This document shows, piece by piece, positions 26,238 to 34,746 of a stretch of DNA of 52,001 nt (its first letter is position 1; every line of letters starts with the position of its first letter). The notes under the pieces were generated by a model, which was not told the DNA's origin, did no database searches, and saw only the letters and a program-made list of their open reading frames with translations. Source of the DNA: Minisyncoccia bacterium (GTDB lineage Bacteria > Patescibacteriota > Minisyncoccia > UBA6257 > JAAZHW01); assembly GCA_049720475.1 (NCBI GenBank), contig JBNASH010000034.1, forward strand, positions 1 to 52,001, written 5' to 3'. The position numbers and the translations under genes are program-made.

Positions 26238-27341
26238 TTATTTCGACCCTTCGCAATATTGAATTATAATCAATTCTAAAGGTAATGTTGGAATGGGGGA
26301 GTATTTTATTTGCTCTTTTATGCGGATGAGCAAATCAATTATTTTGTGAAGATCGTTTAAGGAAAATTTTTGGCTAAACGACTGAATTTTAATAAATTGG
26401 TCTGGAGTAAATTCATCTTTAATGATATTTTCTATTTGCGGATTGATTTTTAAAAGAAGGGTTTGACGCAAAATTTTTAATAATAAGCGACCAAAATTAA
26501 TTAAATCAACGCCATTTTCATAAATTTTATTAATAAAAATTAAAGCATTCTTAACATCTTTTTCTAATAAGTAATTAAGAAATTCAGCTACCTTTTCAAA
26601 ATTAATATGCCCGAGAATTTCTTCCAAAACATCTAAATCAATTTCTTTATAGCCGAGACTGATTAGTTGATCAAGGAGTGATTCAGCATCGCGTAAACTT
26701 CCTTCGGCCGCCAAAGCAATTTCTTTGAGGGCTTCGGGGGTAATAGTAATATTTTCAGACTCACTTAATTTTTTTAAACGCTCCATTATTTCATTAATGG
26801 ATAATTTTTTGAAATCAAAACGCTGGGTGCGGGAAATAATAGTTGCTGGTAATTTTTCAGGTTCGGTTGTGGCGAGAATAAATATAGCATGAGCGGGTGG
26901 CTCTTCCAATGTTTTAAGCAAAGCATTAAACGCCTCTTTTGTTAGCATATGCACTTCATCGATAATAAAAACTTTATATTTTGATTTAATAGGAGCGAAA
27001 CGAATGCCATCTTTCAAATTTCTAATTTCGTCAATGCCGCGATTGGAAGCAGCATCAATTTCAATTAAATCCAAAGAGCGATTTTCATTAATTTCAATAC
27101 ATGATTGACATTGATTGCAAGGTTCAAATTCATTTTCTTTGCGATTTTCACAATTTAAGGCTTTGGCAAAAAGTCGGGCAATAGTCGTTTTTCCTGTTCC
27201 GCGTTGACCGCAAAAAAGATAGGCATGCGAAATGCGTTTAGTTAGTAATGCGTTTGTTAGTGTTTGAATAATTGGTTTTTGACCAATTAATTCATGAAAA
27301 TTTTTTGGACGATAGCGGCGATATAAAGCTAGATAAGACAT
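26238..27341 (-). CDS. dnaX: DNA polymerase III subunit gamma/tau (gamma-length, 367 aa)
   Basis: The product has YRPKNFHELIGQ, a Walker A motif (GQRGTGKTT), a Zn module (CENRKENEFEPCNQCQSC), DEVHML and an SRT sensor (ISRTQRF). Confidence 0.9.
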   Translation of the reverse strand: MSYLALYRRYRPKNFHELIGQKPIIQTLTNALLTKRISHAYLFCGQRGTGKTTIARLFAKALNCENRKENEFEPCNQCQSCIEINENRSLDLIEIDAASNRGIDEIRNLKDGIRFAPIKSKYKVFIIDEVHMLTKEAFNALLKTLEEPPAHAIFILATTEPEKLPATIISRTQRFDFKKLSINEIMERLKKLSESENITITPEALKEIALAAEGSLRDAESLLDQLISLGYKEIDLDVLEEILGHINFEKVAEFLNYLLEKDVKNALIFINKIYENGVDLINFGRLLLKILRQTLLLKINPQIENIIKDEFTPDQFIKIQSFSQKFSLNDLHKIIDLLIRIKEQIKYSPIPTLPLELIIIQYCEGSK

Positions 27342-27423
27342 AACACTTTTATTTTAACTTTTTTTCTGTCAAAATCAAAGAAAATTGCTAAAAAATATTT
27401 TTCTGATAAAATAAATTAAATTT

Positions 27424-28641
27424 ATGAGAAACAAGTTGTTAAAAGGAGGCATTGTGATTGCTATTGTTTTATTAGGCATTTTGATTGTCCTGCTTCTAAA
27501 AGTTTTCGATGTTAGTCATCTTTCTTTTATTTTTAATACCGAAGGCCAAATTGTAGATTTGAGCGAAAAACAAAATTTGCGATTAGAAAATCCACCAAAA
27601 ATTATTAAAGGAATTTATTTGACTGCCTACACGGCCGCCGATCAAAAACGCGTTAAAGAATTAATCGATTTGATCAAAAAAACTGAGTTGAATGCCGTTG
27701 TTATTGATATTAAAGATTACAGTGGCTATATTTTGTTCGATACCAAATCCGATTATTTAAAAAAGTTTGGCACGGAAAAAATTATTATTAAAGATTTAGA
27801 AGGATTAATTAAGCAGTTACACGATGAAGGAATTTATACCATTGCTAGAATTGCTGTTTTTCAAGATCCGATTTTGGCAAAGAATCGACCGGATTTAGCG
27901 ATTAAGAGTAAAATGACAAAAACTTTATGGAAAGATAATAAAGGCTTAAGTTGGGTTGATCCAGCATCGGTTGAAGTTTGGAATTATATTTTTGTTATTT
28001 CTAAAGCAGCCATGCGTTTAGGTTTTGATGAGTTAAATTTTGATTATATTCGTTTCCCGTCAGACGGTAATTTACATGATTTGGAATTTCCTTTTTACGA
28101 CAAGCAAAAACCCAAAAATGAAATAATTAAAGAATTCTTTTCTTATCTTTCCCAAAACATTAGACCATGGGGTATCAAAATTTCAGCAGATTTGTTTGGT
28201 TTAACTACGATTAATAATGGTGATTTGGGCATCGGTCAAATTTTAGAAGATGCATTGCCATATTTCGATTATGTTTGCCCAATGGTTTATCCTTCACATT
28301 ATGCTAATGGATTTAATGGTTATCAGAATCCCGGCGCCTATCCTTATGAAGTTATTAAATATTCTTTAGATACTGCTTTACAAAAAATAGAGAATTTCAA
28401 ACAAAAACAATTGCAAAATAATGCTACCAATGTTTTTTTGGCTCAATTAAGGCCTTGGCTGCAAAGTTTTGATTTAGGTGCTCTTTATGATGCCAATATG
28501 ATAAAAAAAGAAAAGAAAGCCGTTTATGATTCTTTATGCCCAGAGGAGGAGATAGGCGAGAGCAATTGTCAATTTTATAATGGCTGGCTTTTGTGGGATC
28601 CAAAAAATCTTTACATTCCCCAGTCGCTTGAGACAAAATAA
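27424..28641 (+). CDS. putative glycoside hydrolase (DUF4015/GHL-type TIM barrel), membrane-anchored
   Basis: N-terminal transmembrane helix, then IKGIYLTAYTAADQKRVKELIDLIKKTELNAVVIDIKDYSGYILF and FDELNFDYIRFP, which resemble the DUF4015 family. Confidence 0.6.
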   Translation: MRNKLLKGGIVIAIVLLGILIVLLLKVFDVSHLSFIFNTEGQIVDLSEKQNLRLENPPKIIKGIYLTAYTAADQKRVKELIDLIKKTELNAVVIDIKDYSGYILFDTKSDYLKKFGTEKIIIKDLEGLIKQLHDEGIYTIARIAVFQDPILAKNRPDLAIKSKMTKTLWKDNKGLSWVDPASVEVWNYIFVISKAAMRLGFDELNFDYIRFPSDGNLHDLEFPFYDKQKPKNEIIKEFFSYLSQNIRPWGIKISADLFGLTTINNGDLGIGQILEDALPYFDYVCPMVYPSHYANGFNGYQNPGAYPYEVIKYSLDTALQKIENFKQKQLQNNATNVFLAQLRPWLQSFDLGALYDANMIKKEKKAVYDSLCPEEEIGESNCQFYNGWLLWDPKNLYIPQSLETK

Positions 28642-28643
28642 AA

Positions 28644-29324
28644 ATGAAACTTTATATTGTTGCTACTCCCATTGGTAATTTAAAAGATATCAACTTCAGA
28701 GCACTAAAGGCTTTAAAAGAAGTTGATTATATTTTGTGTGAAGACACCAGGCATTCTTTAAAACTTTTGAGTCATTATCAAATTCAAAAACCATTAATTT
28801 CTTATCATCAACACAGCAAAATTACCAAAATTGAGCAAATTATTAAATTATTGAAAGAAGGAAATAATTTAGCTTTGATTTCAGACGCTGGCACGCCAGG
28901 CATTTCTGATCCCGGAAATGAGCTAATTAAAAAAATTTTGGATGAATTGCCGGAAGTGGAAATTATTCCTGTTCCTGGACCAAATGCTGGTTTGGCTTTA
29001 GCCAGCGCCTCGGCTTTTAAAATGGATAGATTTTTATTTTTGGGATTTCCCCCAGCCAAAAAGAAAAGAAAAAAATTTTTTGAAGAAATAAAAAACTCTT
29101 TATATCCGGTAATTCTTTACGAATCGCCATACCGTTTAATCAAAACACTTCAAGAAATAAAAGGTTTTATGCCAGAAGCAGAAATTGTGGTTGGTAAAGA
29201 ATTAACCAAAACATTTGAGAAAATTTATCGCGGCAATATTGAAAAGGTTATTGAGGAAATTGAAAAAGATGGTGTAAAAGGGGAGTATACTCTTATTTTT
29301 CGCAATCTTGACAAAAAAGATTAA
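28644..29324 (+). CDS. rsmI: 16S rRNA (cytidine1402-2'-O)-methyltransferase
   Basis: The product has LYIVATPIGNLKDINFRALKALKEVDYILCEDTR and SDAGTPGISDPG, the tetrapyrrole-methylase-fold RsmI signature. Confidence 0.9.
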   Translation: MKLYIVATPIGNLKDINFRALKALKEVDYILCEDTRHSLKLLSHYQIQKPLISYHQHSKITKIEQIIKLLKEGNNLALISDAGTPGISDPGNELIKKILDELPEVEIIPVPGPNAGLALASASAFKMDRFLFLGFPPAKKKRKKFFEEIKNSLYPVILYESPYRLIKTLQEIKGFMPEAEIVVGKELTKTFEKIYRGNIEKVIEEIEKDGVKGEYTLIFRNLDKKD

Positions 29325-29372
29325 ATTAACAAAATAAAAAAAGTTTATTAAAAATCTAAAAGGAGGAAAAAA

Positions 29373-29582
29373 ATGGCTTTTTTTATCTGCGCAGTGGAGA
29401 GGAAAAAAAGAGAGAAAGAGGAGAGGTTTATTGAAAGAGTTTATGAATTAAAAAAAATTATTGAAAAAGAGCTGAAATCAAAGTTGAAGTTAATATGTCA
29501 TTTTGAGGAGGGCAAGGTAATGTGGATCGAGTTAGTATTAGACAAACAGAAACATCCATTTTTAAGAAAAAAGGGCTGCTGA
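29373..29582 (+). CDS. hypothetical 69-aa basic protein
   Basis: It is preceded by the only clear consensus Shine-Dalgarno I noticed in the window (aaaaggaggaaaaaaATG). A terminator overlaps its stop codon. Confidence 0.55.
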   Translation: MAFFICAVERKKREKEERFIERVYELKKIIEKELKSKLKLICHFEEGKVMWIELVLDKQKHPFLRKKGC

Positions 29583-29598
29583 CAGCCCTTTTTGTTTT
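29570..29598 (+). terminator. intrinsic terminator
   Basis: gggctg-ctga-cagccc is followed by tttttgtttt. Confidence 0.8.
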
Positions 29599-29659
29599 AC
29601 TATTTTTTAAATTTCATTATAATAGAATTAAAAGGTCAAAATTATTAATATAAAAAAAT

Positions 29660-29995
29660 ATGAGTGGTATAGACAAATTTCCGTCAAAGAAAAAAGACGA
29701 ATTAAGTGAGCGCTTATTAGAGACGTATGAACAAGATGAGGCCGAGAATTTAGAAAGAATGCGCACTGAATTTGAAAATAAATATCGCAAAATGGTTGAG
29801 GAAGGCAAATTAGATGAAGAAGACAAAAAAGAAATAGAATCCTTAAAAAGCGATATTTTAACAGCCAATCCCAATCTTTCACCAGAAGAATTAGAAGAAG
29901 AAGCCACAGAATTGTGGATTCATGTTAAAGCTGATCAAGAATTAAACATTCGCGTTGCAGAGGAAAGAGAAAGAGAAGATAGGATTTTAAGATAA
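29660..29995 (+). CDS. hypothetical 111-aa highly charged helical protein
   Basis: ORF with coiled-coil-like, E/K-rich composition. The two minus-strand ORFs that overlap it encode low-complexity S/L/F-rich products and are less plausible. Confidence 0.5.
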   Translation: MSGIDKFPSKKKDELSERLLETYEQDEAENLERMRTEFENKYRKMVEEGKLDEEDKKEIESLKSDILTANPNLSPEELEEEATELWIHVKADQELNIRVAEEREREDRILR

Positions 29996-30020
29996 ATCAA
30001 CCAAAACTTTTTCTTTGTTA

Positions 30021-30057
30021 ATTACATAAAACCGCCCCTGAGGCGGTTTTATGTAAT
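30021..30057. terminator. perfect 16-bp palindromic hairpin / terminator
   Basis: attacataaaaccgcc-cctga-ggcggttttatgtaat. Confidence 0.7.
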
Positions 30058-30145
30058 TATTCTGAACCATTATATTTTTTCTTTCTCGAATGTTTTTAAT
30101 TTTCCGATTTTACCCAAAGAAAACTCTGCATTACTTAGCAAAAAT

Positions 30146-30178
30146 CACTCAAAAAACCGCCAGAGGCGGTTTTTTGAG
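30146..30178. terminator. bidirectional intrinsic terminator 3' of tRNA-Ala
   Basis: cactcaaaaaaccgcc-aga-ggcggttttttgagtg is a long perfect stem with A and T runs on both sides. Confidence 0.8.
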
Positions 30179-30252
30179 TGGACCGTAGCGGATTCGAACC
30201 GCTGACCTCCTCATTGCAAATGAGGCGCTCTGACCAACTGAGCTAACGGCCC
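30179..30252 (-). tRNA. tRNA-Ala (TGC)
   Basis: The reverse complement gggccgt ta gctc agttggtca gagc g cctca tttgcaa tgagg aggtc agcgg ttcgaat ccgct acggtcc a folds as a cloverleaf. The G3:U70 identity pair is present. Confidence 0.9.
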
Positions 30253-30352
30253 TCTGTTTTAAAATTTTATCAAAATTAGTAGCTTTTTCAAGTTTTTTAA
30301 AAGGGTTTAATAAATTGAAATTATCACTTATAATATAATAAAGCAGAAGAAT

Positions 30353-32197
30353 ATGACTAATAATTCCGAAAAACTTTTTAATTTTCTTCAAAAATATTAC
30401 CAGAAAGAAGAAAAAAATATTGAATTGTTAAAAACGAAACTGAATGAAATTCATGGGAAGCAAGATTTTGAGGTTTATTTTTTGTCTAAAATCCAGAATG
30501 AAATTGAATTTGTATTGAAAGATACAATTCCGGAAATTAAAGAAGACGAAATTTTATTGGAAGAACCACCGGCTTATATTCAAGGTGATTTATGTTTTGC
30601 CTGTTTTGGTTTGGCGAAAAGATTAAAAAAATCTCCTTTGTTGTTAGCCGAAGAAATTGTTAATTTAATTAACAATAATGAGCATAAAAAATATATTGAA
30701 CAAGTTAGATGTGAAGGCGCTTACATTAACATTATTCTCAAAAAAGAAATTTATACCGAAATTTTAGATCAAATTATTCTTTTAGGAGAGAAATTCGGGG
30801 AAAGTAATATTAATAAAAATCTTAGAGTTTTAATTGATTATTCTTCTCCAAATATTGCCAAACCAATTGGTTTAAATCATTTGCCATCAACAATTATCGG
30901 GCAAGTTTTAGGAAATATTTATGAGGAAACCGGCGCTCAGGTGATTCGTCATAATTATTTAGGTGATTGGGGTACAAATTTTGGTGCTTTGCTTTGGGCG
31001 TATTTTCAGTGGGACGATGATGAAAAAATTAAAAAAGAACCTGTTCAAGAATTAAAAAATTTATATGTCCGATTTTTTGAAGAAGCGAGCAAAAATGAAA
31101 AATTAATTGAAGAAGCAAGAGAATTGTTTAATCGTTTGGAACAAGGTGATCAAAAACTTTTGAATCTTTGGAAAAAATTTAGGGATTTAAGCGTTAAGGC
31201 ATTCCAAAAAGTTTATAAGCGATTAGGAATTAATTTCGATATTTATTTGGGCGAAAGTTATTTTTTGAGTGAGGTTGATAATGTTATTAATGAGGCGATT
31301 GAAAAGGGGATTGCCAAACAAAATAATCAATTGGTGGTGGTGGAAAATTTGGATAATCTGCCGTCATTTTTATTAAGAAAAGAAGATGGTTCAACTTTGT
31401 ATTTGAGTCGCGATTTGGCCGCGCTGAAATTACGTTTTGAAAAATTTAATTTGAATTTACTTTTGTATGTTGTTGGTAGTGAACAGTCATTACACTTTCA
31501 GCAATTATTTGCTTTGGCGAAGGCAATGGGATATTTAACCGAAAGTAAACAGGCTGAGCATGTGCCTTTTGGTTTGATTTTGATTGAAGGTAAAAAAATG
31601 GCAACGCGCAAAGGTAGTTTGATTGAAATGGAAGATTTATTAAATGAAGCTGTTGAAAGAGCGGAAAAAGTTATCATTAAGAAAAATCCAAAGATGCCGT
31701 CTAAAAAAGCTAGAAAGATTGCTGAAATGATTGGTTTAGCGGCGGTGATTTATAATAGTTTGCGATCTTCGCGTTTACAAAATATCGATTTTGATTGGGA
31801 AAGAGTGTTGAATTTTGAGGCGGCCAGCGCGCCATATTTACAATATAGCTGTGTACGAATCAAATCAATTCTTAAAAAAGTAGAAAAGGAGGGAATAAAC
31901 ATAAAAAACAAGGGGAATATTTTATTTGAAAACCCAATAGAATATCAGCTTATTAAAAAATTAATGTTTTTCCCAAACGTTATTTTGCGTGCGCAAAAAG
32001 AAAATTCACCACACTTTCTCTGTGGTTATTTAGAAGGATTAGCGCAGTTATTTAATAAGTTTTATGATGAAGTGCCAGTGTTAAAAACCGAAAATGAGAA
32101 TTTGCGGGCGGCTAGAATTGATTTGATTAAATCAGTGCTTTTAGTTTTAGAAAAAGGATTAAAGCTATTAAATATTTCTGTTCCAGAAGAAATGTAA
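30353..32197 (+). CDS. argS: arginine--tRNA ligase
   Basis: The product has a class I layout: SSPNIAKPIGLNHLPSTIIG (HIGH-region variant), DWGTNFG, KMATRKG (KMSK-like) and a C-terminal DALR anticodon-binding region. Confidence 0.9.
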   Translation: MTNNSEKLFNFLQKYYQKEEKNIELLKTKLNEIHGKQDFEVYFLSKIQNEIEFVLKDTIPEIKEDEILLEEPPAYIQGDLCFACFGLAKRLKKSPLLLAEEIVNLINNNEHKKYIEQVRCEGAYINIILKKEIYTEILDQIILLGEKFGESNINKNLRVLIDYSSPNIAKPIGLNHLPSTIIGQVLGNIYEETGAQVIRHNYLGDWGTNFGALLWAYFQWDDDEKIKKEPVQELKNLYVRFFEEASKNEKLIEEARELFNRLEQGDQKLLNLWKKFRDLSVKAFQKVYKRLGINFDIYLGESYFLSEVDNVINEAIEKGIAKQNNQLVVVENLDNLPSFLLRKEDGSTLYLSRDLAALKLRFEKFNLNLLLYVVGSEQSLHFQQLFALAKAMGYLTESKQAEHVPFGLILIEGKKMATRKGSLIEMEDLLNEAVERAEKVIIKKNPKMPSKKARKIAEMIGLAAVIYNSLRSSRLQNIDFDWERVLNFEAASAPYLQYSCVRIKSILKKVEKEGINIKNKGNILFENPIEYQLIKKLMFFPNVILRAQKENSPHFLCGYLEGLAQLFNKFYDEVPVLKTENENLRAARIDLIKSVLLVLEKGLKLLNISVPEEM

Positions 32198-32211
32198 TCA
32201 ACAAAAAATAA

Positions 32212-32245
32212 AAACTAAAAAGCGACGGACAGTCGCTTTTTAGTT
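32212..32245. terminator. bidirectional intrinsic terminator between argS (+) and the TP-repeat gene (-)
   Basis: aaaaagcgac-ggaca-gtcgcttttt. Confidence 0.8.
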
Positions 32246-32265
32246 TAAGTGGTTTAGGTTTTTAA

Positions 32266-33150
32266 TTAGAGAGTCGGTGTTGCGGTGGGAGTTGGTGAAG
32301 GGGTTGAAGTTGGAGTTGGTGTTGGAGTGGCAGTCGGTGTTGGGGTTGATTCAGGTGTTGGTGTTGGGGTAGGGGTTGGAGTTGGTGTAATTGTTGGAGC
32401 CACAGTTCTTTTTCTAAAGAAGAATTGCAAAATCTTTCCTAACAACGAAGAAGTTTGTTCTTCATTATTAAGATAATTTTGAAGAACCGTATTTTGCTGA
32501 ACTAAGGCATTAATCATTTCTTGAACGAGTTGTTTTTCTCCCTCATTGGTCAACTGAGTCATTATTTGTTCCAATTGTTGAATGCGCACCTGATTTTGTT
32601 CTAGATGTTTTTTAATTTGTTCGATACTCGAATAAACAGGACCAAAAATTGCTTTTAGCCATTTTGGACGACTATCAATTTTTTGAAATTGTTCTTGAAT
32701 TTGTTGCTGGACTTCTTTTTGTGTACGAGCAATTTCTCTGATTTGTTGGCCAATGCCTGTTATTTCGGTAGTGGTGGCCGCCAATAATTGTTCGACTTTT
32801 TGAGCGACAATACTCATATGTTCCCGAGCAGTTTCACTGCGCGGATTTAAAACTTTGTTTGGTCGCGCATTGGGCAAGGGGGGAGTTGGTGTTGTGGTTG
32901 GTTGTTGATTTTGAACCTCGTTATTTTCTTGAGTTTGTTGTTGAATGTTAGTTTGTTGACCTTGGTTTTGTGTTTGAATTAAGTTTCTTTCCTGAATCTT
33001 TTGAAGGCCAGGAATGGTGATGGTTGTTGGAGTGGGGGTTGTTTTTGGTGATTGGTTGCGGTTTTGCTGGGCCGCGCCAATTTGTGAACTAAACAACCCA
33101 AAACCAATGATTAATAATCCAACAATAATAAAATTAGCTTTTTTAGACAT
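32266..33150 (-). CDS. secreted/anchored protein with a Gln-rich region, a coiled coil and a C-terminal Thr-Pro repeat
   Basis: N-terminal hydrophobic anchor (FIIVGLLIIGFGLF), a Q-rich stretch (NLIQTQNQGQQTNIQQQTQENNEVQNQQ), heptad-like Q/E segments, and a C-terminal TPTPTPTPTPTPESTPTPTATPTPTPTSTPSPTPTATPT repeat. Confidence 0.7.
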   Translation of the reverse strand: MSKKANFIIVGLLIIGFGLFSSQIGAAQQNRNQSPKTTPTPTTITIPGLQKIQERNLIQTQNQGQQTNIQQQTQENNEVQNQQPTTTPTPPLPNARPNKVLNPRSETAREHMSIVAQKVEQLLAATTTEITGIGQQIREIARTQKEVQQQIQEQFQKIDSRPKWLKAIFGPVYSSIEQIKKHLEQNQVRIQQLEQIMTQLTNEGEKQLVQEMINALVQQNTVLQNYLNNEEQTSSLLGKILQFFFRKRTVAPTITPTPTPTPTPTPESTPTPTATPTPTPTSTPSPTPTATPTL

Positions 33151-33246
33151 ATTATTTAATAAATGAAACGGCCTTTAATGAAACGACCCTTGTTTAAAGT
33201 ATAAAAAAATTTTGTCAAATTAACAAGTGATATTATTAAATTTTTT

Positions 33247-34641
33247 CTACTTATGCTGATTTGGCCTCAATAAACCTTTTAACCACTTTTGGCCAATCAA
33301 TTTTGGCCAATCAATTAGGGGTTTATCAATCAAAAACAAACGAGCTTTTTCTAAGGCATTAATTTTTTCTCCCTTTTGCTTTTGAATAAAATTAACTAGG
33401 TCCAAAAAAGCTCGACAACTTTTTCTAATAATTTGCGGATAGTCTTTTTTGAAAAAATTGTTAAAAAATTCTTGATAAAAGGCATCGTTTTTTAAACCCT
33501 TATTAAAAAATTTTTTGGCATAATTATAAGCAGCATTTTTTCCAATAAAAAGATGAGTAACAAATTTATAATCTAAACTAGCCGGGGCAATACTTTTCGT
33601 ATAAGCAAATATTTCATCTTTTGTTCGATCAAGGGCCATGCGAAGTTGATTTAGGGCGTAATTTTTTAATAAGAATTTTCGATATTGCTTGTTTTCTGGA
33701 TTTTTTAAAGTCTCTTCTTCGTATAAGTCTAAAAAAATATTTGCATTGGCAGCAGTGCGAGTAACAAAAAATATTTTTTCAAAAATAGCATTTTTGAAAT
33801 GTTGCTCTTCGTGTAATTTAGTTACAAAGCCTTCTTTATCATAAGAAGGTTGTCTAGATTGATTAATAATTGCATACAAAACTTCGCCTTCAATAAATTG
33901 TGGTGGTTTGACAAAACCTAAGACTTTGAAATCTTCAAGTTTGATGTTAATTGGGTTTTCGGTTTGGTAATAAATTTTGCTTGCATTCTCTGCATTGGTA
34001 ACAATAATAAGATTCATTAATCCCAAACTAATTTTAAAATTCTTTCTTTCACTCTCGGGAAAATTAATTTCAGTCAGATTTTTGACCAATTCGAATTTGT
34101 CGGTCCATTTTTCAAAAGCTTTTTTGGCTGATTCCCGATATTGATAATAAGTATTTAAAATATCTTCAGCCTTTTTAATTTGCCAATCGCAAAAACCATA
34201 ATTATATTGGAAAAATTTTATCACTTTTGACATTAGAAAATCTTTTTCAATATCGGGCTTAACTTCAATCAAATGTTCAATGAGTGATTGGCACTCCGCC
34301 CAGCCCCAGCGTTGATCTATCAATTGTTTTTTAAAATCTTTTATTGCTTCTTTGCGTTTTTCTTTCGGCAAAAGTCGGATTTTAGCGAATTCTAAAATTG
34401 GATCGAATATTTTTGCTTTTGATTTTTGACCAGTTTCATAAATTTTTAAATCTTCCTCTATTGTCTTTTTTACATATTCAATTTTGCGACGATCATTTTG
34501 AATCTGTTCTTCATATTTATTTTTTGTTTTCGTTTTTTTAGAGTCAAAAATTTTTATAACAATTTTATTGTCTTTATTGTCCAAATCATTTTTTGGCTTT
34601 TTTTGATTATTTTTCAGAGAATAATTCTCAAACTTTTCCAT
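33247..34641 (-). CDS. hypothetical 464-aa protein with an HExxH motif
   Basis: Long ORF. I placed the start at ATG 34641 (MEKFENYSL) because the tracked extension to 34692 reads through tRNA-Pro. It contains KLHEEQHFKN (HExxH). Confidence 0.65.
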   Translation of the reverse strand: MEKFENYSLKNNQKKPKNDLDNKDNKIVIKIFDSKKTKTKNKYEEQIQNDRRKIEYVKKTIEEDLKIYETGQKSKAKIFDPILEFAKIRLLPKEKRKEAIKDFKKQLIDQRWGWAECQSLIEHLIEVKPDIEKDFLMSKVIKFFQYNYGFCDWQIKKAEDILNTYYQYRESAKKAFEKWTDKFELVKNLTEINFPESERKNFKISLGLMNLIIVTNAENASKIYYQTENPINIKLEDFKVLGFVKPPQFIEGEVLYAIINQSRQPSYDKEGFVTKLHEEQHFKNAIFEKIFFVTRTAANANIFLDLYEEETLKNPENKQYRKFLLKNYALNQLRMALDRTKDEIFAYTKSIAPASLDYKFVTHLFIGKNAAYNYAKKFFNKGLKNDAFYQEFFNNFFKKDYPQIIRKSCRAFLDLVNFIQKQKGEKINALEKARLFLIDKPLIDWPKLIGQKWLKGLLRPNQHK

Positions 34642-34651
34642 ATATTTTAAG

Positions 34652-34722
34652 TCGGGCTGCCGGGAGTCGAACCCGGGTCGCACCCACCCCAAGGGTGTAT
34701 ACTACCGTTGTACTACAGCCCG
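34652..34722 (-). tRNA. tRNA-Pro (GGG)
   Basis: The reverse complement cgggctg ta gtac aacggta gtat a caccc ttggggt gggtg cgac ccggg ttcgact cccgg cagcccg a folds as a cloverleaf. C1:G72 and A73 match bacterial tRNA-Pro. Confidence 0.85.
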
Positions 34723-34746
34723 CTCGCTTTCAAGAAAAAGCAAAAA

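Noticed and set aside
29617-29907. Two overlapping minus-strand ORFs (96 and 84 aa)
   Set aside because: Their products are low-complexity S/L/F-rich sequences antisense to the charged 111-aa plus-strand ORF. The plus frame is more protein-like, although even that call is only moderate.
30149-30391. 80-aa minus-strand ORF
   Set aside because: Most of it is a read-through of tRNA-Ala and its terminator, and it overlaps the argS start.
32285-32476. Plus-strand ORF encoding GVGVGV repeats
   Set aside because: It is the antisense image of the Thr-Pro repeat in the well-supported minus-strand gene.
34642-34692. 17-codon N-terminal extension of the 464-aa ORF
   Set aside because: It translates tRNA-Pro. 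The ATG at 34641 was chosen instead.
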